Part shown: positions 24,105 to 33,212 of the stretch, piece by piece | Position numbering within the stretch: the stretch's first letter is position 1 | How the letters are laid out: every line of letters begins with the position of its first letter | DNA from: Halofilum sp. (in: g-proteobacteria) | GTDB taxonomy: Bacteria > Pseudomonadota > Gammaproteobacteria > XJ16 > Halofilaceae | Length of the DNA: 61,867 bases | Direction of reading: 5' to 3' | Assembly (NCBI GenBank): GCA_033721835.1 | Contig: JAWWAE010000001.1 | Span: 1-61,867, forward strand | Made by a program: the position numbers and the translations under genes | The notes under the pieces: generated by a model | Told to the model about the DNA's origin: nothing | Database searches by the model: none | The model's input: the letters and a program-made list of their open reading frames with translations, nothing else

Positions 24105-27077
24105 TCAGGCCGGGGTGATCTGGCAGAGTGTGGCCTTGGTTTCCTGCATCTGCGTCACCGAGTCGTACCCGTACGTGGTCGCGGTGTTGCAGGCCTCGCC
24201 GCGCACGATGGGCGCGGTCCCCTCGGGATAGCGATCGACCAGGTCCTTGCCCTGGAACCAGCCACCGAAGTGGAACGGGGTCCAGACCACGCTGCGGCCG
24301 ACCCGCGGGGTGACCATGGCGACCACGTTGATGCGGCCGCCCTCGGCGCCCTCGAGCCAGACGCGCTGGCCGTTCTTGATTCCACGGTCGTTGGCATCTG
24401 CAGGGTTGATCTCGACGAACATGTCCTGCTGCAGCTCGGCGAGCCAGGCGTTCGAGCGGGTCTCCTCGCCGCCGCCCTCGTACTCGGTGAGGCGGCCGCT
24501 GATGAAGGCCAGCGGGTACTCGCCCGAGTAGTCGTCCTTCTGGATCGACGCGTAGCGCGTCGGCAGCCGCCAGAAGGCCTTGCGGTCCTCGTAGGTCGGG
24601 TATTTCGCGACCAGGTCGTAGCGCTGCGTGTACAGCGGCTCGCGGTGGATCGGCACCGGGTCCGGGAACTGCCACACGAAGCAGCGGGCCTTGGCATTGC
24701 CGAACGGCGCGCACTCGTGGGCGATCGCAACCCGCTGGATGCCGCCCGAGAGGTCGGTCTTCCAGTTGACCGAATCGAGCTTGGCGCCCGCGCTGCCCGG
24801 CGCGAAGCTCATCTCCTCGAAGTTCGACTCGTCGTCCACCCCGGCCACGGACGCGATCGTCCGCATTTCCGCATTGCTCAGCTCCCTGTGCCAGCCGAGC
24901 TTGCGCAGCATGCCGAAGGTGAACTCCGGATAGCCTTCCTTCAGGTCCGAGTTCTCGCTCCAGGAGCCCTCGGCCAGCAGGTTGCGTCCCTCGTGCTCCA
25001 CGCCGAAGCGGGCGCGGAACGTCAGGCCGCCCTGCGAGACCGGTCGCGAGGGGTTGTACAGCACCGGTGTCCCGGGATGCTTCAGCTCGGGATTGCCCCA
25101 GCACGGCCATGGCAGACCATAGAAGTCGCCGTCGGCCGGGCCGCCCTCGGCCCGCAGCGACGTCGTGTTGAAGGTGCCGCGATGCTGGGCGTGCAGCTTC
25201 AGCCGCTCCGGGCTCTGGCCGGTGTAGCCGATGGTCCAGGTGCTGCGGTTGATCTCGCGCAGCGTGTCCTCCGGGCTCGGCATCCCGTCCTCGATCGCGA
25301 TGTTCTTGAACATCTCGTCGGCGAAGCCGAACTTCTTCGCGAACAGGTACAGGATCTCGGCGTCGGTCTTCGACTCGAACAGCGGATCGATCACCTTCTC
25401 GCGCCACTGCAGCGACCGGTTCGACGCCGTCACCGAGCCGGCCTGCTCGAACTGGGTGCAGGTCGGCAGCAGGTAGGTGTCGTTCTTGCGCTCGCTCATC
25501 ACCGCGAGGTGGGTCGGATACGGATCCGACACGACCACCAGATCGACCTTCTCCAGCGCCTTCTTCATCTCCGGACCGCGCGTCTGGCTGTTGACCGCAT
25601 GGCCCTGGAAGAAGATCGCGTGGAAGTTGTCGCGCTGCGACAGGTTGGCCTTGTCCTCGAGGATGCCGTCGATCCAGCGCGAGACCGGCATGCCCGGGAT
25701 ATTCATGGTGTAGGCCATCTTGCCGCCGCCGGCGTCGTACTGCTGCTCGGTATCGAAGCGCGAGCGGATGTACTCGTAGCTCACGCCCCAGGCCCTTGCC
25801 CAGTGCTTCCAGGCGCCCTCGGACAGGCCGTAGTAGCCGGGCAGGGTGTGGCAGTTCGGACCGACGTCGGTCGCGCCCTGAACGTTGTCGTGGCCGCGGA
25901 AGATGTTGGCGCCACCGCCTTCCTTGCCGATGTTGCCCAGCGCCAGCTGCAGCACGCAGTAGGCGCGGGTGTTGTTGTTGCCGATGTGGTGCTGGGTGCC
26001 GCCCATGCACCAGACGATCGTGCCGGGCCGGTTCTCGGCCAGAGTCTTCGCGGCCTCGTACATCTGGTCACGCGGCACGCCGACCACGTCCTCGACGGTG
26101 TCCGGATCCCAGTTGGCGACCTCGGGTCGGATCTCGTCGAGCCCGAACACCCGCTGGTTGATGTACTCGGTGTCCTCCCAGCCGTTCTCGAAGATGTGCC
26201 ACAGCAGGCCCCAGATGAACCCCACGTCGCTGCCGGGGCGGATCCGGATGTACTGGTCGGCGTGGGCGGCCGTGCGCGTGAAGCGCGGGTCGACCACGAT
26301 CATCTTCGAGCCGTTCTCCTTCGCGCGCAGGATGTGCTGCATCGCGACCGGGTGGGCCTCGGCGGCGTTGGAGCCGACGAAGATCATCGACTTGCTGTTG
26401 TGCATGTCGTTGTACGAGTTCGTCATCGCCCCGTAGCCCCAGGTGTTCGCGACACCTGCCACCGTGGTGGAGTGGCAGATGCGGGCCTGGTGGTCGATGT
26501 TGTTCGTGCCCCAGAAGGCGGCGAACTTGCGCTGCAGGTAGGAGCCCTCGTTGCTCGCCTTGGAGGAGCCGCACCAGAACACGCTGTCGGGGCCGGACTT
26601 CTCGCGGATCTCGAGCAGCTTGTCGCCGATCTCGTTGACGGCCTCGTCCCAGGACAGGCGCTTCCACTTGCCGTCGACCAGCTTCATCGGGTATTTCACC
26701 CGCTTCTCGCCGTGGCCGTGCTCGCGCACCGACGCGCCCTTGGCGCAGTGGGCGCCCAGGTTCAGGGGTGACTCGAAGTCCGGCTCCTGGCCCGTCCAGA
26801 CCCCGTTCTGGACCTCGGCGATCACGCCGCAGCCGACGGAACAGTGGGTACAGACGGAGCGTCGGACCTCGGTCGCGACATCGGCCTTGCGTGTGGTCTC
26901 GGCCGCCTCGGCCCGGCGCATCATGCCCGGCGAGAGCCCGGTGGCCAGTGCCGCCCCACCCAGCGTGATGCCTGAACGGCGCAGGAACTCGCGCCGGTCC
27001 ATGCCGCCGGGCAGCCCGGGCAGCGGCCCCTCGATGCGGCCGGTTTCGTTGCTCGTTCGCTTGCGGATCAGTTTCAT
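24105..27077 (-). CDS. Formate dehydrogenase alpha subunit, Tat-exported, Mo/W-bisPGD, Cys ligand
   Basis: DRREFLRRS Tat motif, CTHCSVGC...C, ARICHSTT, FRGHDNVQG. Confidence 0.96.
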   Translation of the reverse strand: MKLIRKRTSNETGRIEGPLPGLPGGMDRREFLRRSGITLGGAALATGLSPGMMRRAEAAETTRKADVATEVRRSVCTHCSVGCGVIAEVQNGVWTGQEPDFESPLNLGAHCAKGASVREHGHGEKRVKYPMKLVDGKWKRLSWDEAVNEIGDKLLEIREKSGPDSVFWCGSSKASNEGSYLQRKFAAFWGTNNIDHQARICHSTTVAGVANTWGYGAMTNSYNDMHNSKSMIFVGSNAAEAHPVAMQHILRAKENGSKMIVVDPRFTRTAAHADQYIRIRPGSDVGFIWGLLWHIFENGWEDTEYINQRVFGLDEIRPEVANWDPDTVEDVVGVPRDQMYEAAKTLAENRPGTIVWCMGGTQHHIGNNNTRAYCVLQLALGNIGKEGGGANIFRGHDNVQGATDVGPNCHTLPGYYGLSEGAWKHWARAWGVSYEYIRSRFDTEQQYDAGGGKMAYTMNIPGMPVSRWIDGILEDKANLSQRDNFHAIFFQGHAVNSQTRGPEMKKALEKVDLVVVSDPYPTHLAVMSERKNDTYLLPTCTQFEQAGSVTASNRSLQWREKVIDPLFESKTDAEILYLFAKKFGFADEMFKNIAIEDGMPSPEDTLREINRSTWTIGYTGQSPERLKLHAQHRGTFNTTSLRAEGGPADGDFYGLPWPCWGNPELKHPGTPVLYNPSRPVSQGGLTFRARFGVEHEGRNLLAEGSWSENSDLKEGYPEFTFGMLRKLGWHRELSNAEMRTIASVAGVDDESNFEEMSFAPGSAGAKLDSVNWKTDLSGGIQRVAIAHECAPFGNAKARCFVWQFPDPVPIHREPLYTQRYDLVAKYPTYEDRKAFWRLPTRYASIQKDDYSGEYPLAFISGRLTEYEGGGEETRSNAWLAELQQDMFVEINPADANDRGIKNGQRVWLEGAEGGRINVVAMVTPRVGRSVVWTPFHFGGWFQGKDLVDRYPEGTAPIVRGEACNTATTYGYDSVTQMQETKATLCQITPA

Positions 27078-27101
27078 GGCTCGTCACTCACTCGGCACGG
27101 G

Positions 27102-27308
27102 TCAACCGCGCGCCGTTTCGTAGTACTTGCGGATGTGGTCGGTCTCGCGGTAACCCACGCTTGCGGGTGGCGCCTTGGTCGCGCCCTGCGCGTGCGCCGT
27201 GCCGCCACGGAGAATCAGCGCGCCGGCACCGGCGGCGACCCCCATGCCGGCCGCCGTGCGGAAGAAGCCGCGGCGGGCACCGTCGATCTCGGAGTGCTTG
27301 GGTTTCAT
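27102..27308 (-). CDS. Formate dehydrogenase-region small Tat-signal protein
   Basis: ARRGFF twin-arginine motif; C-terminal GYRETDHIRKYY. Confidence 0.85.
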   Translation of the reverse strand: MKPKHSEIDGARRGFFRTAAGMGVAAGAGALILRGGTAHAQGATKAPPASVGYRETDHIRKYYETARG

Positions 27309-28054
27309 TGGGATGGTCTCCTGCTTTGCCCGGTCCCGCCGGCTTGCGCCGACGCGATCGTGTCGTCCGCCTGCAGCCAGGCGCGCTCGAACTCCAGGAA
27401 CGCGGCCCCGAACCGGCCCACCTCGCGGTAGAAGTCGGCGCCCTTCGCCGTCTGCAGGTCATTGAAGAAACTGGGCATCCAGCTGTCGACGTGTTCGCGG
27501 AAGAACAGCCGCTGGGTGGAATCGTCCTGGCCCTCGGCCGGATCGGCGAGCAACGCCATCACATCGGCCAGCGCGCCCGCATGGTCCTCCGGCTCGCACA
27601 CGTCCGGCTGCCGCTCGAAGCCGAGCAGGCCGAGATCGCGCCGCAGCGCGACGAGCGGGCGGTCCATGAGGAAGCCGGTACGGTACCAGGAGGCGTAGGG
27701 GACGAGTTCGCCACGGCCGAGGCCGATGAACAGGTCATGGAACTCGTCGTCGAGCGCCTCGACGTCGGCCTGCGCGGCGGCCGTGGCCAGGGCCGACCAG
27801 GCGGCAGCGAGGTCGCCGTCGCCGGAGGCGAGGCCGGCGTCGTCGGCGATCCGTGCGAGCAGGCCCGCGTCCGGCGGGCGCCGAAACAAGTGTCCCAGCA
27901 GCAGCCAGCCGCGGGTGCGGAAGGCCGGTACCTGGGACTCGATCGTGGCCGCCTCGGCGGCGCTTTCCGTGTCGACGGGCACCCTGTACCTCGAGTTGGA
28001 CGGGAGCTGGACTCGGTCCATGTATAGACCCATCTGGCCTCGGGTGCAATCCAT
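27305..28054 (-). CDS. TorD/DmsD-family molybdoenzyme chaperone
   Basis: LFIGLGRGELVPYASWY, EPEDH; true start may lie downstream (e.g. 28021). Confidence 0.9.
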   Translation of the reverse strand: MDCTRGQMGLYMDRVQLPSNSRYRVPVDTESAAEAATIESQVPAFRTRGWLLLGHLFRRPPDAGLLARIADDAGLASGDGDLAAAWSALATAAAQADVEALDDEFHDLFIGLGRGELVPYASWYRTGFLMDRPLVALRRDLGLLGFERQPDVCEPEDHAGALADVMALLADPAEGQDDSTQRLFFREHVDSWMPSFFNDLQTAKGADFYREVGRFGAAFLEFERAWLQADDTIASAQAGGTGQSRRPSQ

Positions 28055-28183
28055 GGGGGTCGGCGGGGGGTGGAATCCGCGCCCGTCATTGTCTTCAAAA
28101 CAGCAGGTTGGAGTCTGTTTCTTCTGCCGAATCTGGTCTCGGATCAGCCGGATGGCGAAGTTGATGCAGGTTGCAACAGGTTT

Positions 28184-29860
28184 TCATTTTCCCCGGTAGG
28201 GATCGATCGAGCCCTCGTCGCGCAGCACCGCCTCGACGCGGCAGTCCTCGCACAGCTCGAGCCGGCGGCGGGCCTCGGCGTCGCCGAACATCCAGTGCTC
28301 GCCCAGCCGACGCTGCATGCGCTCGATCAGCTTGCGGGTGCCGAACGGCTTGCCGCAGCCCGGGCAGTGGTGCGGCTCTTCCTGATGGCGGGTCTCCGCC
28401 TGCGGCTCGGCGAGGGCGCCGAAATTGAGGCGTGGGGCGAGCGTGATCGCGTCCTCGGGGCAGGTGCGCTCGCACAGCCCGCACTGCACGCAGCGGTCCT
28501 CGCGGAAGCTCAGCAGCGGCTGCTCGCCACCGCCGTTCAGGGCCTGGGTCGGGCAGACGCTGACGCAGGCCATGCACAGGGTGCAGGCATCGCCGTCGAC
28601 CTCGACGTCGCCGTAAGGCGCCCCTGCCGGCAGTGGCGTGACCTGGGTCGGTGCGCCGGCGGCGGCGTGCAGGTGCAGCAGGGCCTTGCGCACCACCTCG
28701 CGCTTGTTGCCCAGCGCGGTGAAGCGGGCCGGCTCCGCGGCCAGCGGCGGCGGGGTCTCGGCGATCGCATCCAGCCGACCGCCGGGCGCGATGGTGGCGA
28801 TGCGGTCGGCGGGCAGATCGAGCCCGCGCAGCATGGCGTTGCCGAGCGCGACCTGTTCCAGGGTGGTGTCGCGCTCGCTGGCGGGCATGGTGTCCGGCAG
28901 CAGCGTGACCGCGCGGCCGGCGCCGTAGGCGAGCGTCGTCAGCCAGGTGTCCAGCCCGACCGAGCCCGCGTCCTCGACCGTGACGGGCAGCACCGATTCC
29001 GGCAGGTCGGGACTCCACTCGGCCAGCGCGGCGGCCCCGGCCTCGCCATCGTGGAACAGCACCAGCGGATCGCTGCCGCCGGCCTCGCGGTATCGGCCCA
29101 GCATCTCCCGCACCCGCTCCAGCAACTGTTCGACGGGCGGCCAGGCATAGGCGATCGCACCGGTCGGGCAGGTCGTGGCGCAGCTGCCGCAGCCCTGGCA
29201 CAGGTACGGGTCGACCTCGATCCGCTCGCCGACCGAGCGGATCGCCTCGGTCGCGCAGGCGTCGAGGCAGCGGGTGCAGCCGCGCTGGCCGCGCGCCCCG
29301 TGGACGCAGATATCCGGGTCGTAGCTGAAGTAGCGCGGCTTCTCGAATTCGCCGACCAGCGCCGCGGCGGCCCTGAGCGCCGCGTCCGCGTCCCCGGACG
29401 GGCCGGGGCGGAAATAGCCGGGCGGATCCAGCTGGCGTTGCAGCAGCGGGGGGTCGCCGAGGTCGAGCACCAGGTCGAACGCCTGCTCCGGCTCGAGCCC
29501 GAAGGCAACGGCGAGATCACGCTCGCCGTCGCCATCCGCGACCGCGAGCCGGAATTCGCCGAGATGTCCCGCCAGTGCCCGCGGCTGGCCGCGCCGGACG
29601 CGTCCGCCCAGCTGCCCGACATCGGGGTGGGCCAGGCTCGGGCCGGCGTCGTCGGTCAGCAGCACGTAGGCGTCGAGGTCCGCGGGCACGCGGGCGACCG
29701 CGTCCAGCACCGCCGCTTCCGGTCCCAGCAACAGCAGTCGGCCCTGCGACCGGTAGTCGACGGTGGTGCCGCCGCCGGCCGTGGCCGGCGCCTCCAGTGC
29801 CGCCCGCCGGGCAGCGCCGTCGGCGGTGGCGGCCGGCAGGGTGGCGTGTGCATCAGACAT
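28184..29860 (-). CDS. Polyferredoxin-like 4Fe-4S protein of fdh clusters
   Basis: GEFEKPRYF, CTRCLDAC, CQGCGSCATTCP, CTLCMACVSVCP, CVQCGLCERTCP, CPGCGKPF. Confidence 0.92.
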   Translation of the reverse strand: MSDAHATLPAATADGAARRAALEAPATAGGGTTVDYRSQGRLLLLGPEAAVLDAVARVPADLDAYVLLTDDAGPSLAHPDVGQLGGRVRRGQPRALAGHLGEFRLAVADGDGERDLAVAFGLEPEQAFDLVLDLGDPPLLQRQLDPPGYFRPGPSGDADAALRAAAALVGEFEKPRYFSYDPDICVHGARGQRGCTRCLDACATEAIRSVGERIEVDPYLCQGCGSCATTCPTGAIAYAWPPVEQLLERVREMLGRYREAGGSDPLVLFHDGEAGAAALAEWSPDLPESVLPVTVEDAGSVGLDTWLTTLAYGAGRAVTLLPDTMPASERDTTLEQVALGNAMLRGLDLPADRIATIAPGGRLDAIAETPPPLAAEPARFTALGNKREVVRKALLHLHAAAGAPTQVTPLPAGAPYGDVEVDGDACTLCMACVSVCPTQALNGGGEQPLLSFREDRCVQCGLCERTCPEDAITLAPRLNFGALAEPQAETRHQEEPHHCPGCGKPFGTRKLIERMQRRLGEHWMFGDAEARRRLELCEDCRVEAVLRDEGSIDPYRGK

Positions 29861-30422
29861 GATCGCTGTCCTCGTCGGGCCGTTCGGGTTCTTCCCCGCT
29901 CGCCGTCTCCTCGTCCTCTGCCGCAGGCGGCTCGTCGGCCCGCGCCGCCGCGGGCTCGGCGTCGCCGGCCTCCTCGCCCGCCGCCTGCGCCCGCAGGCGC
30001 TCGCGCTCCTTCTCGCGCAGCCGCTCCTGGTGATGGCGCATGTCGGCGGTCACCGTGTCGCCCAGCGCACTGAAACTGCGATAGTCCTCGTCGTAGTCGT
30101 CGAGCCCGTCGCGCACGTTGAACTGCGGCAGCCGGAACAGCTTGCGCAGCGCGGCCCGGCGCAGTTCCTCGGAGACCCGCTCCGACAGGTAACCGCTGTA
30201 GTCGCTGTCGCTGTCGAGCGATTCCGGCGGCGGCAGGTCGGCATCGGTCGGCCCGCCCTCCGCCGGCTCGGCGGGCGGTTCCGCCGCCGGCGGTTCCGTC
30301 GGGGGTTGCTTGCCTGTCGCCGACTCCCGTGCCTGGTGCTTGCGGCGGGACCAGCGGCTGACGAACGACTCCCCGTGGTCAGCCGTCTCGTCGTCGGTCC
30401 TTGTTCGGCGGCGGTCCGTCAT
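29853..30422 (-). CDS. DUF3306 protein
   Basis: FVSRWSRRK...LPPPESL...LRRAALRKLF...DGLDDYDEDY. Confidence 0.9.
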   Translation of the reverse strand: MTDRRRTRTDDETADHGESFVSRWSRRKHQARESATGKQPPTEPPAAEPPAEPAEGGPTDADLPPPESLDSDSDYSGYLSERVSEELRRAALRKLFRLPQFNVRDGLDDYDEDYRSFSALGDTVTADMRHHQERLREKERERLRAQAAGEEAGDAEPAAARADEPPAAEDEETASGEEPERPDEDSDHV

Positions 30423-30921
30423 CCGCGGCCTCCGCGGCCCAGTTGCGCCGCCGGCGCTTGCGCGGCGGCTCGGGCCGGTAGTGGTTCATCACGAATTGCT
30501 CGAGCCGGGGCCCGAACGCCGGTGGCAGTGGCGTCTTGAACACCGTGTCGTCGGTCTCCATGTAGGCGCCGGCCTCGTCGTAGTTCGCGCTCACCGCGAA
30601 CGGCTCGAGGTCGAGGTCGGTGCCCGGCCGGCAGATCACGAACAGCGAGGGTTCCTTGCCGACCAGGTTGTACCAGTAGCTCTCGGCCGCGTCCCGGAAC
30701 AGCGGTACCGACAGGCCGCGCCATTCGAAGTCGATGTGGTCCTCGGCCTCGTGCACGGTGCGCCGGCTCGGCTCCGCCGGCGGCTCCGGGTCGGGCAGCA
30801 CCGCCAGCGCCTCCCACTGCGGGTAGCTCCAGCGGCCACGCTCGATCTCGGCCCGTCGCATCAGGACGCGCACGTCCCACACCTCCAGCGGGCGGCCGCG
30901 CCCGGTGCGCTCGGCATTCAT
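30379..30921 (-). CDS. DUF3305 protein
   Basis: RW...W...LFRDAAESYWYNL...PSLFVI...NYDEAGAY...KRRR; start MNAERT. Confidence 0.88.
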   Translation of the reverse strand: MNAERTGRGRPLEVWDVRVLMRRAEIERGRWSYPQWEALAVLPDPEPPAEPSRRTVHEAEDHIDFEWRGLSVPLFRDAAESYWYNLVGKEPSLFVICRPGTDLDLEPFAVSANYDEAGAYMETDDTVFKTPLPPAFGPRLEQFVMNHYRPEPPRKRRRRNWAAEAADDGPPPNKDRRRDG

Positions 30922-31424
30922 CGATCCTCGCCCTCCGGCACGATGCGCACGACCGGGTGGCTGCCCTCCCAGTCCGCCTGTTGCGAATGGGTGCTGAACT
31001 GCTCCGACACCTCGTCGCCATCGAGGCCGCGCTCGAGCGACAGGATCGTGTTCAGCGGCCGCCGGCAGAGGCGATCGACGAACTCCAGTTCCTCGTGCGC
31101 CTGCTCCATGGCCGCCCAGTGATTCGGCGCGCCGAAGCGCTCGACGAACACGTGCGCCAGCCGCTCGAGCACGTACTGGCGCTCGGTCTCGGTCGCCTTC
31201 GCGATGGTCACCAGGGTGCCCCAGCCGAGGCTGTCCAGGCCGAGGAAGCCGCGGCGGAAGGCCTCGTAATCGCTGCCGCCCAGCCGCGCCGGGTCGGTGT
31301 CGGAAAAGGTGAACATGAACGTGCCGGGCACGGCAGGTTCGCCCGCGGCGGCCGCGGGGAAGTAGACCTGTTCGTCGGAATCGTCGAGGCGCAGGATGCG
31401 CAGCAGACGCAAGTACGGTCCCAC
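30918..31424 (-). CDS. DUF6505-like protein
   Basis: RLLRILRLDDSDEQVYFPAAAAGEPAVPGTF...FRRGFLGLDSLGWGTLV...FGAP; start approximate. Confidence 0.78.
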   Translation of the reverse strand: MGPYLRLLRILRLDDSDEQVYFPAAAAGEPAVPGTFMFTFSDTDPARLGGSDYEAFRRGFLGLDSLGWGTLVTIAKATETERQYVLERLAHVFVERFGAPNHWAAMEQAHEELEFVDRLCRRPLNTILSLERGLDGDEVSEQFSTHSQQADWEGSHPVVRIVPEGEDR

Positions 31425-31589
31425 CGGGTGATTGACTGCCTGCCAGCATAGCGGTGCGGTTCGGGTTGTGCCAGCGGGGGGGTGGCGATCCGGTCGGATT
31501 GCGCTCCTGGCCGGATCGGACTCGTACCGGGCGTCATGCGGGCGTGAAGCCAGACGTAGGCCGGCTCTTGCGGAGATTGCCGTTGCCGC

Positions 31590-31637
31590 GCTACCGATTC
31601 CGTTCGAGCCGGGGGCTACCGATTCCTTTCGAGCCGG
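31590..31637. repeat. 23-bp direct repeat, 25-nt period
   Basis: gctaccgattccgttcgagccgg / gctaccgattcctttcgagccgg. Confidence 0.85.
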
Positions 31638-31665
31638 CGATGGTCCGTGCACGCGCGAGTGCGTA

Positions 31666-32077
31666 CCGGCAATAGCCGGCGTGGGCGGTCGGCAGGCGGG
31701 AGACCAACCACTGGCTGGGCAATTGCCGGCTTGTGCCCGACAGGATTGCCTCGGGCCATCCATGGCCCTCGCCCTGCGGGCACCTCGCTGCGCTCGGTGG
31801 CCAAATCGGCAGTCCTGCCGATTTGCGAACGTAGGCCGGTTATTGCCTGAGAGGAGGTCGCAACGAAACCTGATAAAGATACGGCCGGCATCCGCCCGTG
31901 CATCCGTGATCACGTTCCGGCAATAGCCGGCGTGGGCGGTATGCGGGTACCGAGCGAAGCAATTGGGAGCGCGGGCTGCGGGCTGGTGCCCGACAGGATT
32001 ACGCGGGCCATCCCTGGCCCGCGCCCTTCGGGCTCGCTTCGCTCGTGCCAATTCGCTCCCGGCGGATTGGTCGAACC
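31666..32077 (-). repeat. tRNA-3'-end-linked (RtT-like) repeats, two units about 252 nt apart
   Basis: Each unit reads (G)TTCG-multi-hairpin core-AATCCTGTCGGGCAC on the minus strand (31733-31830, 31984-32077); ccggcaatagccggcgtgggcggt is identical at 31666 and 31917. Confidence 0.8.
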
Positions 32078-32110
32078 ACAGAGCCGAAACGGAGCCGCCG
32101 AGCTCGCCCC

Positions 32111-32153
32111 ACAAACGAACAGGGCCACCGCGAGGGTGGCCCTGTTCGTTTGT
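32111..32153 (-). terminator. Terminator-like hairpin directly after the tRNA
   Basis: Perfect 19-bp stem acaaacgaacagggccacc-gcgag-ggtggccctgttcgtttgt. Confidence 0.75.
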
Positions 32154-32154
32154 A

Positions 32155-32231
<77 letters not shown>

Positions 32232-32245
32232 TGCGTGGGGCGTGG

Positions 32246-32274
32246 ATGATACTCGGGCGGGGAATGCGCGTCCA
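32246..32274 (-). promoter_or_regulatory. sigma70 promoter of the tRNA (identical copy at 32479-32507)
   Basis: TGGACG-17 nt-TATCAT followed by a GC-rich discriminator. Confidence 0.7.
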
Positions 32275-32322
32275 AGCTTTGCCGCGCTGCGTTCGCTCGA
32301 CCGGCACGACTGGCGTCGTGCT

Positions 32323-32464
<142 letters not shown>

Positions 32465-32634
32465 TGCGTGGGGCGTGGATGATACTCGGGCGGGGAATGC
32501 GCGTCCAAGTTTCGCTGCGTTGTGTTTGCCTGGCCGCCGCGGCTCCGTTTCGCGGGACGAGCGGGTGACTGTATAATCCGGCCGCGGGCCGCGCTCAGCC
32601 AGGTCCTGTGTCGTCGATCACCGGGGAGTCGGGC

Positions 32635-33156
32635 ATGTCCGAAGCAGAAGACGTCGCGTTCAAGGAAATGTTCCCGCTGGTGATCGGCCTGCTCGCCGGC
32701 ATGGCGGTCTTCTTCGTGGTGATCGCCAAGATCATCGCCGCCACGGTGGACACGGGTGGCTACACCCCGCCGGGCCTGAACGCGGCCGAGGCGGTGGCCC
32801 AACGGGTCGCGCCGATCGGCGACGTGAACATGGGCGGCCCGATGTTGGCCGAGGCCGACACCGATGGCGGTGGCGGTGGCGCGGCAGCGGGAAGCGGCAT
32901 GCCCGAGACCGCAGAGGGCATCTACAACGCCGTCTGCTCTGCCTGCCACAACAACGGCGTGGCCGGGGCGCCGGTGGTCGGTGACACCGCGGCCTGGAGC
33001 AGCCGCCTCGATGCCCGCGGCGGCTACGACCCGCTCTACCAGAACGCGCTCAACGGCTACAACGCCATGCCCGCCAAGGGTGGCGCCAACATCAGTGAGG
33101 AACAGCTGGACAAGGCCGTGCGCTACATCCTCGAGGAGAGCGGCGTTTCGCCCTGA
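32635..33156 (+). CDS. Cytochrome c5 family protein
   Basis: RVAPIGDV, CSACH...GVAGAP, AMPAKGG. Confidence 0.92.
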   Translation: MSEAEDVAFKEMFPLVIGLLAGMAVFFVVIAKIIAATVDTGGYTPPGLNAAEAVAQRVAPIGDVNMGGPMLAEADTDGGGGGAAAGSGMPETAEGIYNAVCSACHNNGVAGAPVVGDTAAWSSRLDARGGYDPLYQNALNGYNAMPAKGGANISEEQLDKAVRYILEESGVSP

Positions 33157-33212
33157 CGCGGCCCGGCACGATTGGCATGCCCAGCGCGCCGGCCCTGTGC
33201 CGGCGCGTCACG

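Noticed and set aside
26475-26477. Selenocysteine in the FDH alpha subunit
   Set aside because: The ligand codon is TGC (ARICH) and the frame has no internal TGA
28161-28176. FNR box upstream of torD (ttgatgcaggttgcaa)
   Set aside because: Only one half-site matches at the correct spacing
31430-31730. Moco/Wco riboswitch upstream of the fdh accessory genes or tupA
   Set aside because: I could not find the motif's conserved elements by eye; an Infernal search would settle it
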